DNA from: Podarcis muralis
Taxonomy: Eukaryota
Assembly: GCF_964188315.1 (NCBI RefSeq)
Contig: NC_135667.1
Span: 26,784,001 to 26,848,000 of the forward strand
Length of the DNA: 64,000 nucleotides
Direction of reading: 5' to 3'
Numbering within the stretch: position 1 is the first letter of the stretch; every line of letters starts with the position of its first letter. Below the pieces are notes generated by a model. The model saw nothing but the letters and a program-made list of their open reading frames with translations, was not told where the DNA came from and did not search any database. The translations under genes and the position numbers were made by a program. Shown here piece after piece: positions 1-12,343 of the stretch.

Positions 1-2381
1 TAACATAATCAGAGCACTGATTTTAATACAGAGGTGCACACTGAGAGCGAAATCCATGGGTGGAGGGTAGGAATGGCGTGGAAATTTGATTCATTTCACA
101 TTCAATGCTAAATTTATCAAATTCACACTTTCTGGTATAATATGATAATCAACACATAGCCATCCTCCCATACTATCCAAATTTTGTGATGTAGTTATCC
201 AAACAGTGTTCACAAATATGCACGTATTATGGGAAAGTGTGCCAAAAAAAAAAATGTAGATTTGTGAAAGTACCATACAAAATTGCATTATATTGCTGGC
301 CAAAATGTGTCTGTAAGAAATACACACAAAAATGCAGAACAACCTTCATGGGGATTTTTCTTAAGAAATACAGATTGCTGCAGATATGTAGTGAACTGAA
401 TGTGGAAAAAACCAAAAAAAAAGCTGAGAAAACCAAATTACCGTAGATAGATTCTTCCATCCTTAGCAGTGTCCAGCCACTCCTGCTTCCATCCAAATTT
501 TGCCCCCCTCCCCTATGAATGTTGCTCCAATATCAGACAAAGCAAAAAGGAGGGCTTCTGGAGTCATGTTGAAAATGGATCAGGCTAAACTTTGGATCCA
601 AAGTCCTCCTATTCCCCTGAGGTATAGGTACACAAAATACAAACACATTGCCCTGGATGCAAATACAAGCTATCTCTACACATGTACAGGTGTTTGTGTG
701 AAAGAGTGTACACTTGTTAATTTTGTACAGCTCATGTAGAAACCTGTGTACATGCAGATAACTGTATGTGTTTTCAGTTGTTGTTTACACACACCCATAG
801 GTTGTATACGCAATGAATCTGTATCTGTACTCCCCAACACTCACATCAGAACTAGGAGGAAAGCACATCAAATCTTGGAACTGGTTTATGTATTTTCCTT
901 ACCATTGAAACCGTTGGGGAGGAGAACATTTTATTAAAACAGCGCCCCCAAAGGGGAACAATGCCATGCACATGATCTTCCACCCTTTATAGAATTGTAC
1001 CCAAAAATTAACAACAGGAGCCACATTCTACTTCTGCTATCTTTTCCAATATTCTTGGATTTTGGTTCTTAATGTTAGTCAGGGTTTTGAAAGATGATGA
1101 ATATAAAGCGTGTGGATTTAGTACTTACCTTCCCTTATGTATCTGCATTCAGTGATTAGTACCAGGATCAGTACAGGTAGCAGAGGATTTCTCTGAATTT
1201 GTGTTGAAAAACAACGAGCTGTAACTTCATTGTCTCAGCTGCAAAATGAGTGCCTCTGAAGAGGCTTCTTTCAATAGCTTAAAAGAAGCGAGTCTGGGGA
1301 CGTGCTTCTGATTTTCTGGTTGTGTGGAAATCATTTATGATGCAACCAACCTTCTAAACCCAAAGGAAATCCCGATATTAATTCCTCCTCCATCAGACTG
1401 CAGTCACCTTTTCCCTGCACTCCAGAGTTTGATGCACTTTGGATCTCTGTGTCTTTTTAACTACCTTTAAGTCTTAGGCACAAATTGCCTTCTGCTCCTC
1501 CTAGCGGTCACTTCTCTCACTTGCATCTCATTAGCTGCTCCCTTTAAAATTCAGCTACTATGTACAGGTATTATAGCTGGGCATCAGTTTGTACTATGTG
1601 AACCAAGGTAGGGCCGGAAGATGAGGATATTGTTGGTAGCTGGTATGGGAATAGAAGCAGCAAAAAATACAAATGGAGAGGGAGTCTTGTATTGGACAGG
1701 AGGTTCTGGGAGCAGAGAGAGGCTATTGTTTCTTTATTGTTGTTTAACAAATTTATATCCTGTCTTTCCATAGAAACACATCCAAGACAAGCAAACACAA
1801 ATAATCAATTTTATTAAAAGATATCATAATATAAAAGATAAATATATTATATATATACATACATATCATATAATATAAAAGATCAATTTCAATAAAAGAT
1901 ATAATAATATTAATAAAAAGAATCACATCCATGAATGCAGCAGCTTGAATTTAAAAAATCAATGAAGGGATAAAAGCTCATCACATGAATTAGAAACATG
2001 GTTAGCTTGTCATTCAAACAACAACAACAATGCTCACACCATAATGAACCCTAAAAACTCATTTCTGTAAAACATCAATATGCAAGAGAAAAGATGGCAG
2101 ATACTATCACTGAAGCTGATAAACTAGGACAACAACTTGGCAGATCAAATGTCTTGTAGGTAAGAAAAGCCATTATATAACACTGGAAGGCCAAGTAGCG
2201 GAGGAAAGAATGAACTTCCCCAGGGAAGGAATTTTAAAGCTTGGACATAACTGAGAAGTCTCTCTGCCATATTCTCGTCCCAGTCCAATGGAACTCAGAA
2301 GTTAGTAAGGCATGAAGCAGAGAACTTTGGAGGGTATATGGGCCACCTAAGTCATGGTTGTGTGCCGCATATAGGAAAGAG

Positions 2382-2384
<3 letters not shown>

Positions 2385-2416
<32 letters not shown>
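2385..2416. repeat. (AC)16 microsatellite
   Basis: Read directly from the sequence. Confidence 0.95.
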
Positions 2417-2417
<1 letters not shown>

Positions 2418-3136
2418 AGACTACAGAAGGAAGCTGCAGCAGTGGTTGATAGACCAGGTTGAGAAGTCTTATTCTTTTCCTATATACCTGGGGGTTACCA
2501 CCTTTTCCTTCTTCTTGAGACTGATGACTTCCCATTCACTTTTATCTAATTGATCAATGAACCCCAAGTCACAGAACAGCTCAAGAAACTGCAGAATTGG
2601 AAACATCAGGAACACCAGTTCCTGAAAGAAAATGATCATGACAAAAAACATGGCCTTGTATCCAACATTAGTTCTGAAAAGAAATATATTAAAATGAATG
2701 AATCTGACAGACTTACATCCATTAATTTCAGTGGATCTATCCAACTTGGTTGGATTCAGCCCATTAAAAAAGACTGCAAAAGATGGGAGTACATATAGAC
2801 AAACAGGGATATGACTTGAGTGTGCATTTCTGTGATAAAGAAAATATTTTTTAAAAAACACAACCCCTAAATAAATCTAACAGCAAACCTAGATCTGATG
2901 TTTATTACATAATTTGCTTTTGTTGAGTAGTTGATTATTCTTTAACAAATAGCTAGCCACAGGGGAAAATGGAGAACAGAAGATCAGGACTATAGGATGA
3001 TGTGATCCTAATTATAATTCACACACACACACACACACTATTCACAGTAAGAAGAAAGTTCCCACTGGAGCCAGGGTTCTGCATACATGAGTACTTTGAC
3101 TAGCTGATAAACTTAATGGAAAGGAAAGAGTTCAGA

Positions 3137-4090
3137 TCATGCCTTGCAAAAGATGTTCAATTTCTTCCAAACTCGTCTTAGGGCTTTGTGAACTTCTTGG
3201 TTTCTCAAGCTGTAGATGAGAGGATTGACCAAAGGATTCAAGATGGTATAGAAAATGGAAAAGACTTTATTCAGACCTCTTAGAGTTGGGGAGTCTGGCA
3301 ACATGTAGACAATGATTAAAGTGCCATAAAATATGCAAACCACAATTAGATGAGAGGAGCAGGTGGAGAAGGCCTTTTTCCTTCCAGTGGTGGATGGGAT
3401 CTTTAGGATGGTGGCGATGATGCAAACATAGGATGTGAGAGTCAATAAGAATGGGGCAACATTAAAATTGAAATTAAAGAAAAGGGCGGTGATTTCAACC
3501 ATGCTTGTGTCACTGCAGGACAGTTTTACAATCGGGATGAAGTCACAAAAGTAATGATCTATGACATTGGGACCACAGAAGGATAGCTGAGCCATCATGA
3601 TGATCACAATGAAGTTAGCCAGCAAAGAATTAATCCATGTTGCAGCCATGAGGTGAACACAGAACCTTCTACACATAATGGTGCTGTAGTGTAAAGGTCT
3701 ACATATAGCCAGATAGCGGTCATAGGACATTGCTGCCAGGAGATAGGTTTCTATACCAGCACACAAACCAAAGAAATAAAATTGGGCTATGCACCCACGA
3801 ACAGAAATGGTTCTCTCTCCAATTATCAAATTGGCCAACATTTTGGGTAAGATAATCAAGCTGTAGCAAGTCTCCATGCCGGATAAATTTCCCAGGAAGA
3901 AGTACATGGGAGTGTGAAGTTGCTGATCAGCCACAATGAGCAAAACAATCAGGAGGTTCCCAGTTAGTGACATAATAAAAACAATCAGGAAGAGGACAAA
4001 AAGAAGAGGCTGCAGTTCAGGGAGATTCCCAAATCCCAAGAGAATGAATTCTATTGTGGCTGTCTGGTTTTCTTCTTCTCTATCCAACAT
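3137..4090 (-). CDS. Olfactory receptor, class II (OR-A family, older paralog)
   Basis: Motifs [42 protein letters not shown]. The ORF track starts at a non-ATG codon (4120); the likely ATG (MLDREEENQT) is at 4090, downstream of the acceptor tgtatttcag. Confidence 0.95.
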   Translation of the reverse strand: MLDREEENQTATIEFILLGFGNLPELQPLLFVLFLIVFIMSLTGNLLIVLLIVADQQLHTPMYFFLGNLSGMETCYSLIILPKMLANLIIGERTISVRGCIAQFYFFGLCAGIETYLLAAMSYDRYLAICRPLHYSTIMCRRFCVHLMAATWINSLLANFIVIIMMAQLSFCGPNVIDHYFCDFIPIVKLSCSDTSMVEITALFFNFNFNVAPFLLTLTSYVCIIATILKIPSTTGRKKAFSTCSSHLIVVCIFYGTLIIVYMLPDSPTLRGLNKVFSIFYTILNPLVNPLIYSLRNQEVHKALRRVWKKLNIFCKA

Positions 4091-5373
4091 GGGTCTTGTG
4101 TCAAACAAATGAGACATCAACTATAAAATATAATCTGAAATACAGACATTTTAATGTAGGAGAACCATGAATTATATTTTGTGCATGCAATTTTCTTGTA
4201 GACGCAACAGGGATGCCAGTCAAATCCATCAAAAGTGAACAATGAAATGGATTTATTTCAGTCTGTTTGATCCCTAGCATGGCACAGATGGTTGCTAGAA
4301 ATGGTGTGTTTTTTTCTATTTTTCTCCAGCATAAAGTTGTTTGGTTGGTTTGACATGAGCCCATTACCCCCAAATAGATATGTACATTATTTTGAAATTT
4401 TTGTTATTTACATATCCTTTGATGTATTATAACTGCTTTCCCAAATTCACAACAGAGGCCATGCTGCCGCTCTCGCATCTTCTCCTAGGGTGGGTTCATT
4501 GCTTATGTGCTGGCAGAGGCAAGCAATGGGATTGGCTAGGGGTGGCCATTAGCAATGCTAGAGTGAACTAGGAAATGTTGTGCCTGTTCAGTTACCCCCA
4601 CCCCAAGCTAATCACAATGATTCTAGGCAGTGTTCCTCCTCTACCTCAGAGAGTCTGTTGTGGAAAGAAACACCCATCCACCTTGCAGGATGTGCAGAGG
4701 GAGAGCTGTGAGCCACAGAGATAAAGAGTTCTGAACTTTGTGTGCAGCAGCTAGCAGGAGGCAGAAGCAGATAGTGGACTTGAAGCAATTGCATTGTAGT
4801 TAGGAGTTGACGGAATGGAAGGGGGAAGAGTTTGTGCAGGTGGGAGGACACCACCCCATTTTGCCTTAATGACTAGCATCCATGGCCAGTCCTTCTTGAC
4901 ACCCTCCTTTACCCTTTCTTTCTGATTCAAATGTGTGCTTAAACCCTGATGATGCTTTTTGCTTCTAGACCGCTACATCGTTGCCCAAAATAAAATGTGA
5001 CCTTTAGAATGAAAAAGTTTCCCTACTCCTGGTCTAGATCAAATCCAATATAACAAAAGCATCATGAATGCAACCAAAAGATATACATTTAGTTTTTATT
5101 ATGAGTCTACATTATTCAAGCTCTCAATAGGACATGAAATATTTTGCCAAAAATGAGCTTCACTTTTCTAAATTGGGAGGAGGAGAGACGATTGGACTGA
5201 GATATGAAAACATGTTAGTAGAGTGCCTTCACCTCAGAGCTAGACTCCATATCTGCTACTGAGGTTCATTCAAATATCCTTGAATTAATGAACTGATGTG
5301 TCCCAAAGACATATAAGAGTTTTAAAAATGGCATCACTCTGCAGAGAGTAGCAGTGTTCGATAACTTGCCAGA

Positions 5374-5890
5374 GTGGTGCATACTCTAGTTATCTCTAGA
5401 CTAATGACAGGGAGTGGCCGCCGAGACCATTTAACACCTGTCCTGAAAAATCTTCATTGGCTCCCAGTACGTTTCCTAGCACAATTCAAAGTGTTGGTGC
5501 TGACCTTTAAAGCCCTAAACGGCCTCGGTCCTGTATACCTGAAGGAGCATCTCCACCACCATCATCCAGCCCGGACACTGAGGTCCAGCACCGAAGGCCT
5601 TTTGGCGGTTCCCTCACTGAGAGAAGTGAGGTTACAAGGAACCAGGCAGAGGGCCTTCTCAGTAGTGGTGCCTGCCCTGTGGAATGCCCTCCTAGCAGAT
5701 GTCAAGGCAATAAACAACTATTTTATTTTTAAAAGACAACTGAAGGTAGCCCTGTTTAGGGAAGTTTTTAATGTCTGATGCTGTATTGTTTTTAATATTC
5801 GGTTGGAAGCCGCCCAGCGTGGCTGTGGAAACCCAGCCAAATGGGCAGGGTATAAATAATAAATTATTATAATAATATTATTATAATTAT
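5374..5890 (+). mobile_element. L2-clade LINE 3' fragment
   Basis: HLTPVLKNLHWLPVRF-type ORF2 C-terminus with an AT-rich tail. Confidence 0.85.
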
Positions 5891-6140
5891 TACCTGCAGC
5901 AAATCTTTGTTATATTCAAGGATATCCTAAGTGTCTGTAGCATCATTTGTCCAGATTCATGCTAAAAAACTGAAGTCTTCTGAGCTATGAAGAAAGAGTG
6001 ATCTTGAAACAGCTCTACATAAGCATTTAAAAGAAATGATCCTGGGAGAGTTGCTGCTGATTAATAATGCAGCGAGCCTCCTAAACCCAAGAGAGGTGCC
6101 TACATTACTTCTTCTCCATTGGGTATTCTCCGTTGTACAA

Positions 6141-6383
6141 TAGGGCGGTTCATAAAAAAACTTTTTAAAGAAAAATGCCTGCTCCAAAGCCTCCACGAAA
6201 AAACTGTTTACTTGGCCGTTTTCCTATGTTGTGAAGGCTGAAATTTCAATTCAGTGGAGCAGGGTCAAGATATTAACTGATATGCATGAAATTTCAGAAA
6301 TAGCTATGTAATCCCTAGTGTAGTAGGATAAGACCTTTGGAGCAGGCATTTTTTTAAAAAAAGTTTTTTTGTGAACCGCCCTA
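6141..6383. mobile_element. hAT-type MITE
   Basis: Imperfect TIRs of ~50 bp starting tagggcggttca, flanked by the 8-bp repeat ttgtacaa. Confidence 0.75.
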
Positions 6384-6940
6384 TTGTACAAAGCATCAAT
6401 CATCTTCAGCTAACACACATGGAAGTCCAGAGAGTCCCATTCACAGACAGTATAATATTTTGCTGCTACGTTTCTCCTGGGCAAACATTCAAAATTCCAC
6501 AGCAGCTGGACTACCAGCCTCAAAAGTCAGCAATGGGGAAGGGGCACACATGTGGAAATATCACAGGTTACTGTGCTTCATTTATTTCGCACTCTTAAAT
6601 ATTTTCTCTTGCTTTTTTTGTTGTTAACTATATAAATTTCCATCGTCCCCCCCAACTTCCTAATAAGTCTGATTTATTTTGTCTTTTTAAATTGGTTCTC
6701 CAATTTTCTGGCATGGAAAAATGAGCATAGCTTGTGTCCAATAGAGCTTGCGTTCAATAATGAGAATAATCGTGTTCCATTTACTTCCCCCTTTGTTGTG
6801 AGGTGATTTGGGGGTGGCTTTTTTTTCCTTCCCCACTTGCAAAGTACATACTGCTGCAGGAGGAAGTTGGAAGAGTGACACTCTTTTCCACTTCCTGTTT
6901 TAGCTTTATTTGCTTTTCAGTGCTCATGTTAATTTTACTA

Positions 6941-8005
6941 CAGTCGTACCTTGGTTGACAAAGCCTGTTCTCCTTCAGGGAGAGCACGTGTTGCGGTGGG
7001 GTCTACTGAGCCACCCCCTTTGTTGCTGGGTAAGTTCTCCAAGATGGCCAGCGGGCATTGATTTGGATTGCCGGGTTGCTGGGGGAAAAGTTAAGTTGCA
7101 ATTTTGGTGGGAGGGAAAAAAGGTTTAAATACTCTGCACGCAGCCTTGTACTTTCTCTTTTGCTGCGTGCAACGGATCACCCGCCCACCCGCCCTAGAGT
7201 AAGGGGTTGTTGTGTTGACCTTGCTATGCCTGTCATGGGGTCGTCTGCCATTGGGGCAGGGGCCTGGTAGGAATTTTTCCACCTGGCAAATTGGCTGGCT
7301 GGGTGGTTTTTGCCTACTGCGTAGCAAATCGTCACAACTTGTAAGGTTGTGGTTAGGCATTGGTTATAAATCTGGTGGAGGAAGGGTTAGGATAGGCTGG
7401 GCCTGCCCCTCCATGGTTGCTGCGGAAAGGGTATTCCGTTAAAGGAATCCTGGGGCTTGCCATCTTTTCGTCCAATCCCTGGAATGGGACTAGGGCCGGC
7501 AAGCCTTTGGGGAGCAGGCGGGGAGAGTTGAGGGTCTGTGTCTCAGCTCCAATTCTTCCCCGACTTGCTTTCCCCCGCACTGTCTTTCGGTGGTGCCCGG
7601 AAGTCAGTTCTTTCCCCAGGCGGGGGGACAGATAGTCTTAACCAATGCCTAAACAACCACTCACAGTTTGTATTTTAATAAATTTGTGGCCAAAATCATG
7701 CCAAAAATCTTAAACAAAAATTACGTGTCCGTTGTGAGTTATTTTGGGGGGTGGATTGGGGACCTCGACACGCAAAAGCCTTAGCAGTCGAACATTTTGG
7801 CTCCCGAATGCCACAAACCCAGAAGTGAGTGTTCCAGTTTGAAAATGTTCTTTCAGAAGCTGAACATCCGGCAGGGATTCTGCAGCTTCCAATTGGCTGC
7901 AGGAAGCTCCTGCAGTCAATCAGAAGCTGTGCCTTGGAAGTCAAACATTTTGGAAGTCCAATGGACTTCCGGAGCAGATTCCATTTGGCTTCCAAGGTAT
8001 GACTG
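6941..8005. mobile_element. Tc1/mariner-type MITE split by a nested insertion
   Basis: TIRs cagtcgtaccttgg and ccaaggtatgactg, with TA on the left flank. Confidence 0.75.
6966..7774 (+). mobile_element. Solo-LTR-like element
   Basis: TG...CA ends, 6-bp flanking repeat aaagcc, internal tttaaata, and aataaa near 7677. Confidence 0.55.
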
Positions 8006-8374
8006 TTTATCCAACTTTGACCCAGATCCTTTTTTTAAAAAAAAAAAAGCAACAAGGGAAGGGTGAAGAGAAGTGACCAAAATGGGTGCCACCCACAACA
8101 CTTGCTAAGAAATATAATTATGCACACAAGTCTTAAAAAAGTATGAGACCCATGCATTATTCCCCCCCTCTCTCTGGGGAATGAAACAGATTGGTCCCAG
8201 AGAAATAAGCAAACAAATGGAAAGTGGCAACAGGAGCAAAGAAGGAGTATTGTGGGGGGGACTACTGAGAGCATCTTACCCAAGGGTCCCCTAAAACCCA
8301 GAATTGGTGCTATCACTAGAGGGAGACAACATCTGAGTATTGACAGAATCAATTTGTTGTTTCAGTGGTACAGC

Positions 8375-9304
8375 CTAAGAATCCAGTGTTTTCCTCAGGA
8401 TTCTCATCACTGCCCCCTTCACTTCCTTGTTCCTGAGGCTGTAGATAATGGGGTTGAGCATAGGGGTAATGACAGAGTAGAACAGGGAGATCATCTTGTC
8501 CTGATTGGCAGAGTGGGTGGATTTGGGCCTCATGTACATGAAAATGGCTGCCCCATAAAAAAGGGAGACAACGATGAGGTGTGAAGCACAGGTGGAGAAC
8601 GTCTTCAGACGCCCAGCTGCTGAGCTCATGTGCAAAATGGTTCCCACAATGCGGGTGTAGGACACAAAGACTAGGGAGAGGGGGATAATGAGGACCATTA
8701 CAGCCACAGCAAAGATGACCATTTCATTCATATATGTGTCAGAACAGGACAACTTGAGCACCTGAGGGGCCTCACAGAAGAAATGGTCTATACGATTGGA
8801 CTTGCAGAAGGGCACATGAAAGGTATACACTGTGAGGACCACTGATTGGAGGAAACCACAAACCCATGAAGCAGCTGCCATCTTAGCACATGCTCCCTGC
8901 CCCATCACCAGCATGTAGTTTAGGGGGTTGCAGATAGCCACATAGCGGTCATAGGCCATGACAGCCAGAAGAAAGCATTCAGTCACACCAAAGGCAAAAA
9001 AGGCGTAGTTCTGGGTAGCACAGGCCAGAAGCGAGATTGACTGGGTTTGGCTCAAGAAATGGACCAGCAGTTGTGGAACCGTGCTGGAGATGTAGCAAAT
9101 GTCAATGGCTGCAAGGTTCCGGAGGAAATAGTACATGGGTGTGGCCAACCGGGAGTCAATGCTAGTGATGCCAATGATGAGGCTGTTCCCTGATAGTGTG
9201 ACCACATAGATGGACAGAAAGAGTATGAAGAGAAGGATCCGGCTATGTGAGACACTCGAGAATCCCAGTAGGATGAAATCCTTAACAACTGTTCCATTTC
9301 CCAT
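8375..9304 (-). CDS. Olfactory receptor, class II (OR-C; family 2/13-like motifs)
   Basis: Motifs MAYDRYVAIC, FFCEAPQVLKLSC, PMLNPIIYSLRN. The likely start is MGNGT at 9304, after the acceptor ttctcttcccaatag; an upstream in-frame ATG is at 9349. Confidence 0.95.
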   Translation of the reverse strand: MGNGTVVKDFILLGFSSVSHSRILLFILFLSIYVVTLSGNSLIIGITSIDSRLATPMYYFLRNLAAIDICYISSTVPQLLVHFLSQTQSISLLACATQNYAFFAFGVTECFLLAVMAYDRYVAICNPLNYMLVMGQGACAKMAAASWVCGFLQSVVLTVYTFHVPFCKSNRIDHFFCEAPQVLKLSCSDTYMNEMVIFAVAVMVLIIPLSLVFVSYTRIVGTILHMSSAAGRLKTFSTCASHLIVVSLFYGAAIFMYMRPKSTHSANQDKMISLFYSVITPMLNPIIYSLRNKEVKGAVMRILRKTLDS

Positions 9305-10408
9305 GTCTGATATGACTCCAGTGCTATTGGGAAGAGAAGAGAATTTCATTTATTGGTTTATATTCTTGTTAAAATATCAACGAAAAAGTCAGATCATGAC
9401 CTTTGCAAACACAGCACGCAAGTACAATTTTGAAAGGCTGACAAAGCACATAATATGGATAATTACAAGGAGCGTTTGTTTGTTTTTCCATTGTCCACTT
9501 GGGGACATTTTGAAGATTAGAATATATAAACCCATGCCTTTAAAAAGAGACTCATCAGCACTTCTTCTAAAACATCCTTGGTGAAAAGCCAGTGTTGTAG
9601 AGTGGTTAGAGCAGACCTCCCTGACCTCGTTCCATGAAGAGGATTTGGACTGCAATTCCCATCAGCCCCAGCCAATACAGTGCTCCAGTTGGAGTGGGTT
9701 TAGAGCATGATGCTATGCTGAGGATACCTGGATTTAAATTCCTACTCAATCCTAAAGTTCAGCAGATGACTTTAAAATGGGAGACCTCCCAGCAGAAAGA
9801 AAAAACACTGCATGGGTGATTTATATACCTGATGGGGAACTGTTACACTTTTCCTAAGTGCCTGGAAGTCTGCCCCTTTTTTCTTCTTGTGACTAGTGAC
9901 TTCCCATACGCTGTTATCTAAGTGTGCCACTTACCCCAAGTCACACAGGAGCTCAAGAAACAGCAGAAATGGAAGGCCAGCTCTTGGAGGGAAATGATTA
10001 AGACAAAAGTTATTGGCTTGTATCCATCAGTTCTATTCAGAGTAAACCCATGGAAAGCTATGAATATGACTAACTGAGGTCCAAGAATTTCAATGGTTCT
10101 GTTCTGAGTAGAACTGCATCTAACTGATTCAGCACATGAAGAAGACCAGAAAATATGGTGGTACACATCCCTCCCAATCTTCCCTGTGCTTTCAATCCTT
10201 GGGGCTTCCAATTATGCCACCCCACCCTGGGCAAACCTGGAGACCATCACCATATCTCAATTCTATTCCTGAATTCCTTCACGGGCAGAATTTAAGGTAT
10301 AAAAAACCCCCACCTCTAATCCACCTACCATTCAGTGTAAGGGGAAAGATCACAGTGGTCCCAGGCTTTTGCAGACATGGATACTTGAACTACCTGATAA
10401 ACTTAAAG

Positions 10409-11165
10409 ATGGATAGGATCTTTAAGATGGTGGTGATGATGCAAGCATAAGACATGAGAGTCAATAGAAACAGGATGATGACAAAAATGAAATTAAAGAA
10501 AAGGACGAGGAATTCAATCATGCTTGTGTCACTGCATGACTTTTTTTCCAATGGGAAATAATCACATAAGTAATGATCTATGACACGGGGTTCGCAGAAG
10601 GATAGTTGAACCATGAAAATCAGCACAATGCTATTAGCCATCAAACCATTTACCCATGCTCCCGCCATGAGCTGAAAACATAGTTTTATATGTATAATAG
10701 TGGCATAGAGCAAAAGACTGCATATTGCCAGGTAGTGGTCGTAAGACATTACTGCCAAGAGAAAAGTTTCTATCGCTACACAGCAGCCAAAGGAATAAAC
10801 TTGGCTATGCAACGCCAGAGTCGGTCACGAATGGACCTAATGGTCAGGGGTCGCTTTACCTTTATGCATCCACTAACAGAAATGTAACCGACACCAGTTA
10901 GTAAATCGGCCAACATTTTGGGCACGATGATTGAGCTATAGCAAGTCTCCAGGCAGGACAAATTCCCCAGGAAGAAGTACATGGGGGTATGCAGGTGCTG
11001 ATCTGCCCAAACCAGAAAAAAGATCAGCAGGTTCCCAGCTGTTGTCGCAATATAAACCATCAGGAAGAGCAAGAAAAGAAAAGGCTGCAGCTCAGGGAGA
11101 TTCCCAAATCCCAAGAGGATGAATTCCGTGATGACTGTTTGGTTTCCTTCTTTTATATCCAACAT
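10409..11165 (-). pseudogene. OR-A pseudogene
   Basis: Compared with 23613-24569 it has a 57-bp SINE-derived insertion, a 1-bp deletion near 10795-10805, DRY changed to DHY, and a ~274-bp deletion removing TM6-TM7 and the C-terminus. Confidence 0.93.
10811..10862 (+). mobile_element. Extremely 5'-truncated Sauria SINE
   Basis: Matches the SINE 3' end (gagtcggtca...ggtcagggg...tttacctt); TSD tatgc. Confidence 0.85.
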
Positions 11166-12166
11166 TGTCTTTTTATCCAACAAATGTCACACCAACTTTA
11201 AAATCTAACCGGGAGGACATACGTTTTAGTGTAGGAGAAATATCAAGAACATTTTGTACATGAGCTTCTATTGTAACTGTGCAGTGTATTTTGAGTTAGG
11301 TTAGTCAATTTTGTTCCCCGCACTAGGAATGAAGCTATGGAATGTGATTGGTCTGAAGGTCACAACTTAGTTTAAATATGAAAGACCTGCAGTTGAAATC
11401 AGCAATTGAAAGTGCAGGCATCCTGAGCTTGTCCCCTAGGCAAGGAGAAGGGCATTTATATCTACAACAAAATGTTGCAATGAGGAACTCTCCTGTTCCA
11501 TGTTCTACTTGCCATGCCATGCCTCGTTTCAGGATACTCAATTCCCTCCCCATGGTTTTCCATTCACCATCACCGACAGGCAGTCAGCATTCTAAGGCCA
11601 CTGAATGAGTCCGGTAAAATATAAGGAGAGCTTATCTTTGTTTTCAAATGATTCAGCCTTATTATCAGGTTAAAGTACATTCCAAGGTAGCATAGGAAAA
11701 AATCAGTGGCTTGGATCTAAATTTAAGGATTATATTCTGTCCTACTCAGAGCAGACCCAGGGAAACCATGGACTTGGTTGTGCCCATTCCAGTGGCTCTG
11801 AGGGAATGACTTAGTTGGATATATTTCAATATTAGTGGGACTTCATTCCCATATAAATCATTGGGTCTTAGTTAAATCATGATTGCATTTAAGAGCTGAA
11901 TGTTCATGATATATCTTTATCATTCATGCTCTCTATATGATGATGTGGCATATTTTGTCAAAAAAATAATCTCAACCTCTTTAATTGGGATAAAAAGGGA
12001 GGAGAGCAACACAGTAAACTACATTAGCTTGAGAGCATAGGCTTAATTTTTATTTTTTTACTGACAAACAATTTAAAAATCATTGAATTAATGAATTTGT
12101 TGGCATTAAAGTCAAAGGGGGCATTGAAAGATGGTACAATGCTGCCAAGAATAGCAGTGTTCTACA

Positions 12167-12343
12167 ACTTACCTGTAGTAAGTCACTGTCACAATAACAG
12201 GTGTCCCAGGATTCATTAGCACCATTTCTCCAAATCCTTTATAAAAAAACTGACATATTCTCACCTATGGTGAATGCGTGTTCATAGAATAGCTTCTCAT
12301 AAGCACTTAAAGGAAATGATCCTGGGAGAGTGGCTGCTAATTT
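12167..12343 (-). promoter_or_regulatory. Candidate OR-A non-coding first exon and proximal promoter
   Basis: Consensus donor CAG|GTAAGT (12167-12175), O/E-like TCTCCCAGGA (12320-12329) and adjacent TAATT. Conserved at 25630-25805 and 39317-39495, and partly at 5364/6040. Confidence 0.45.
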
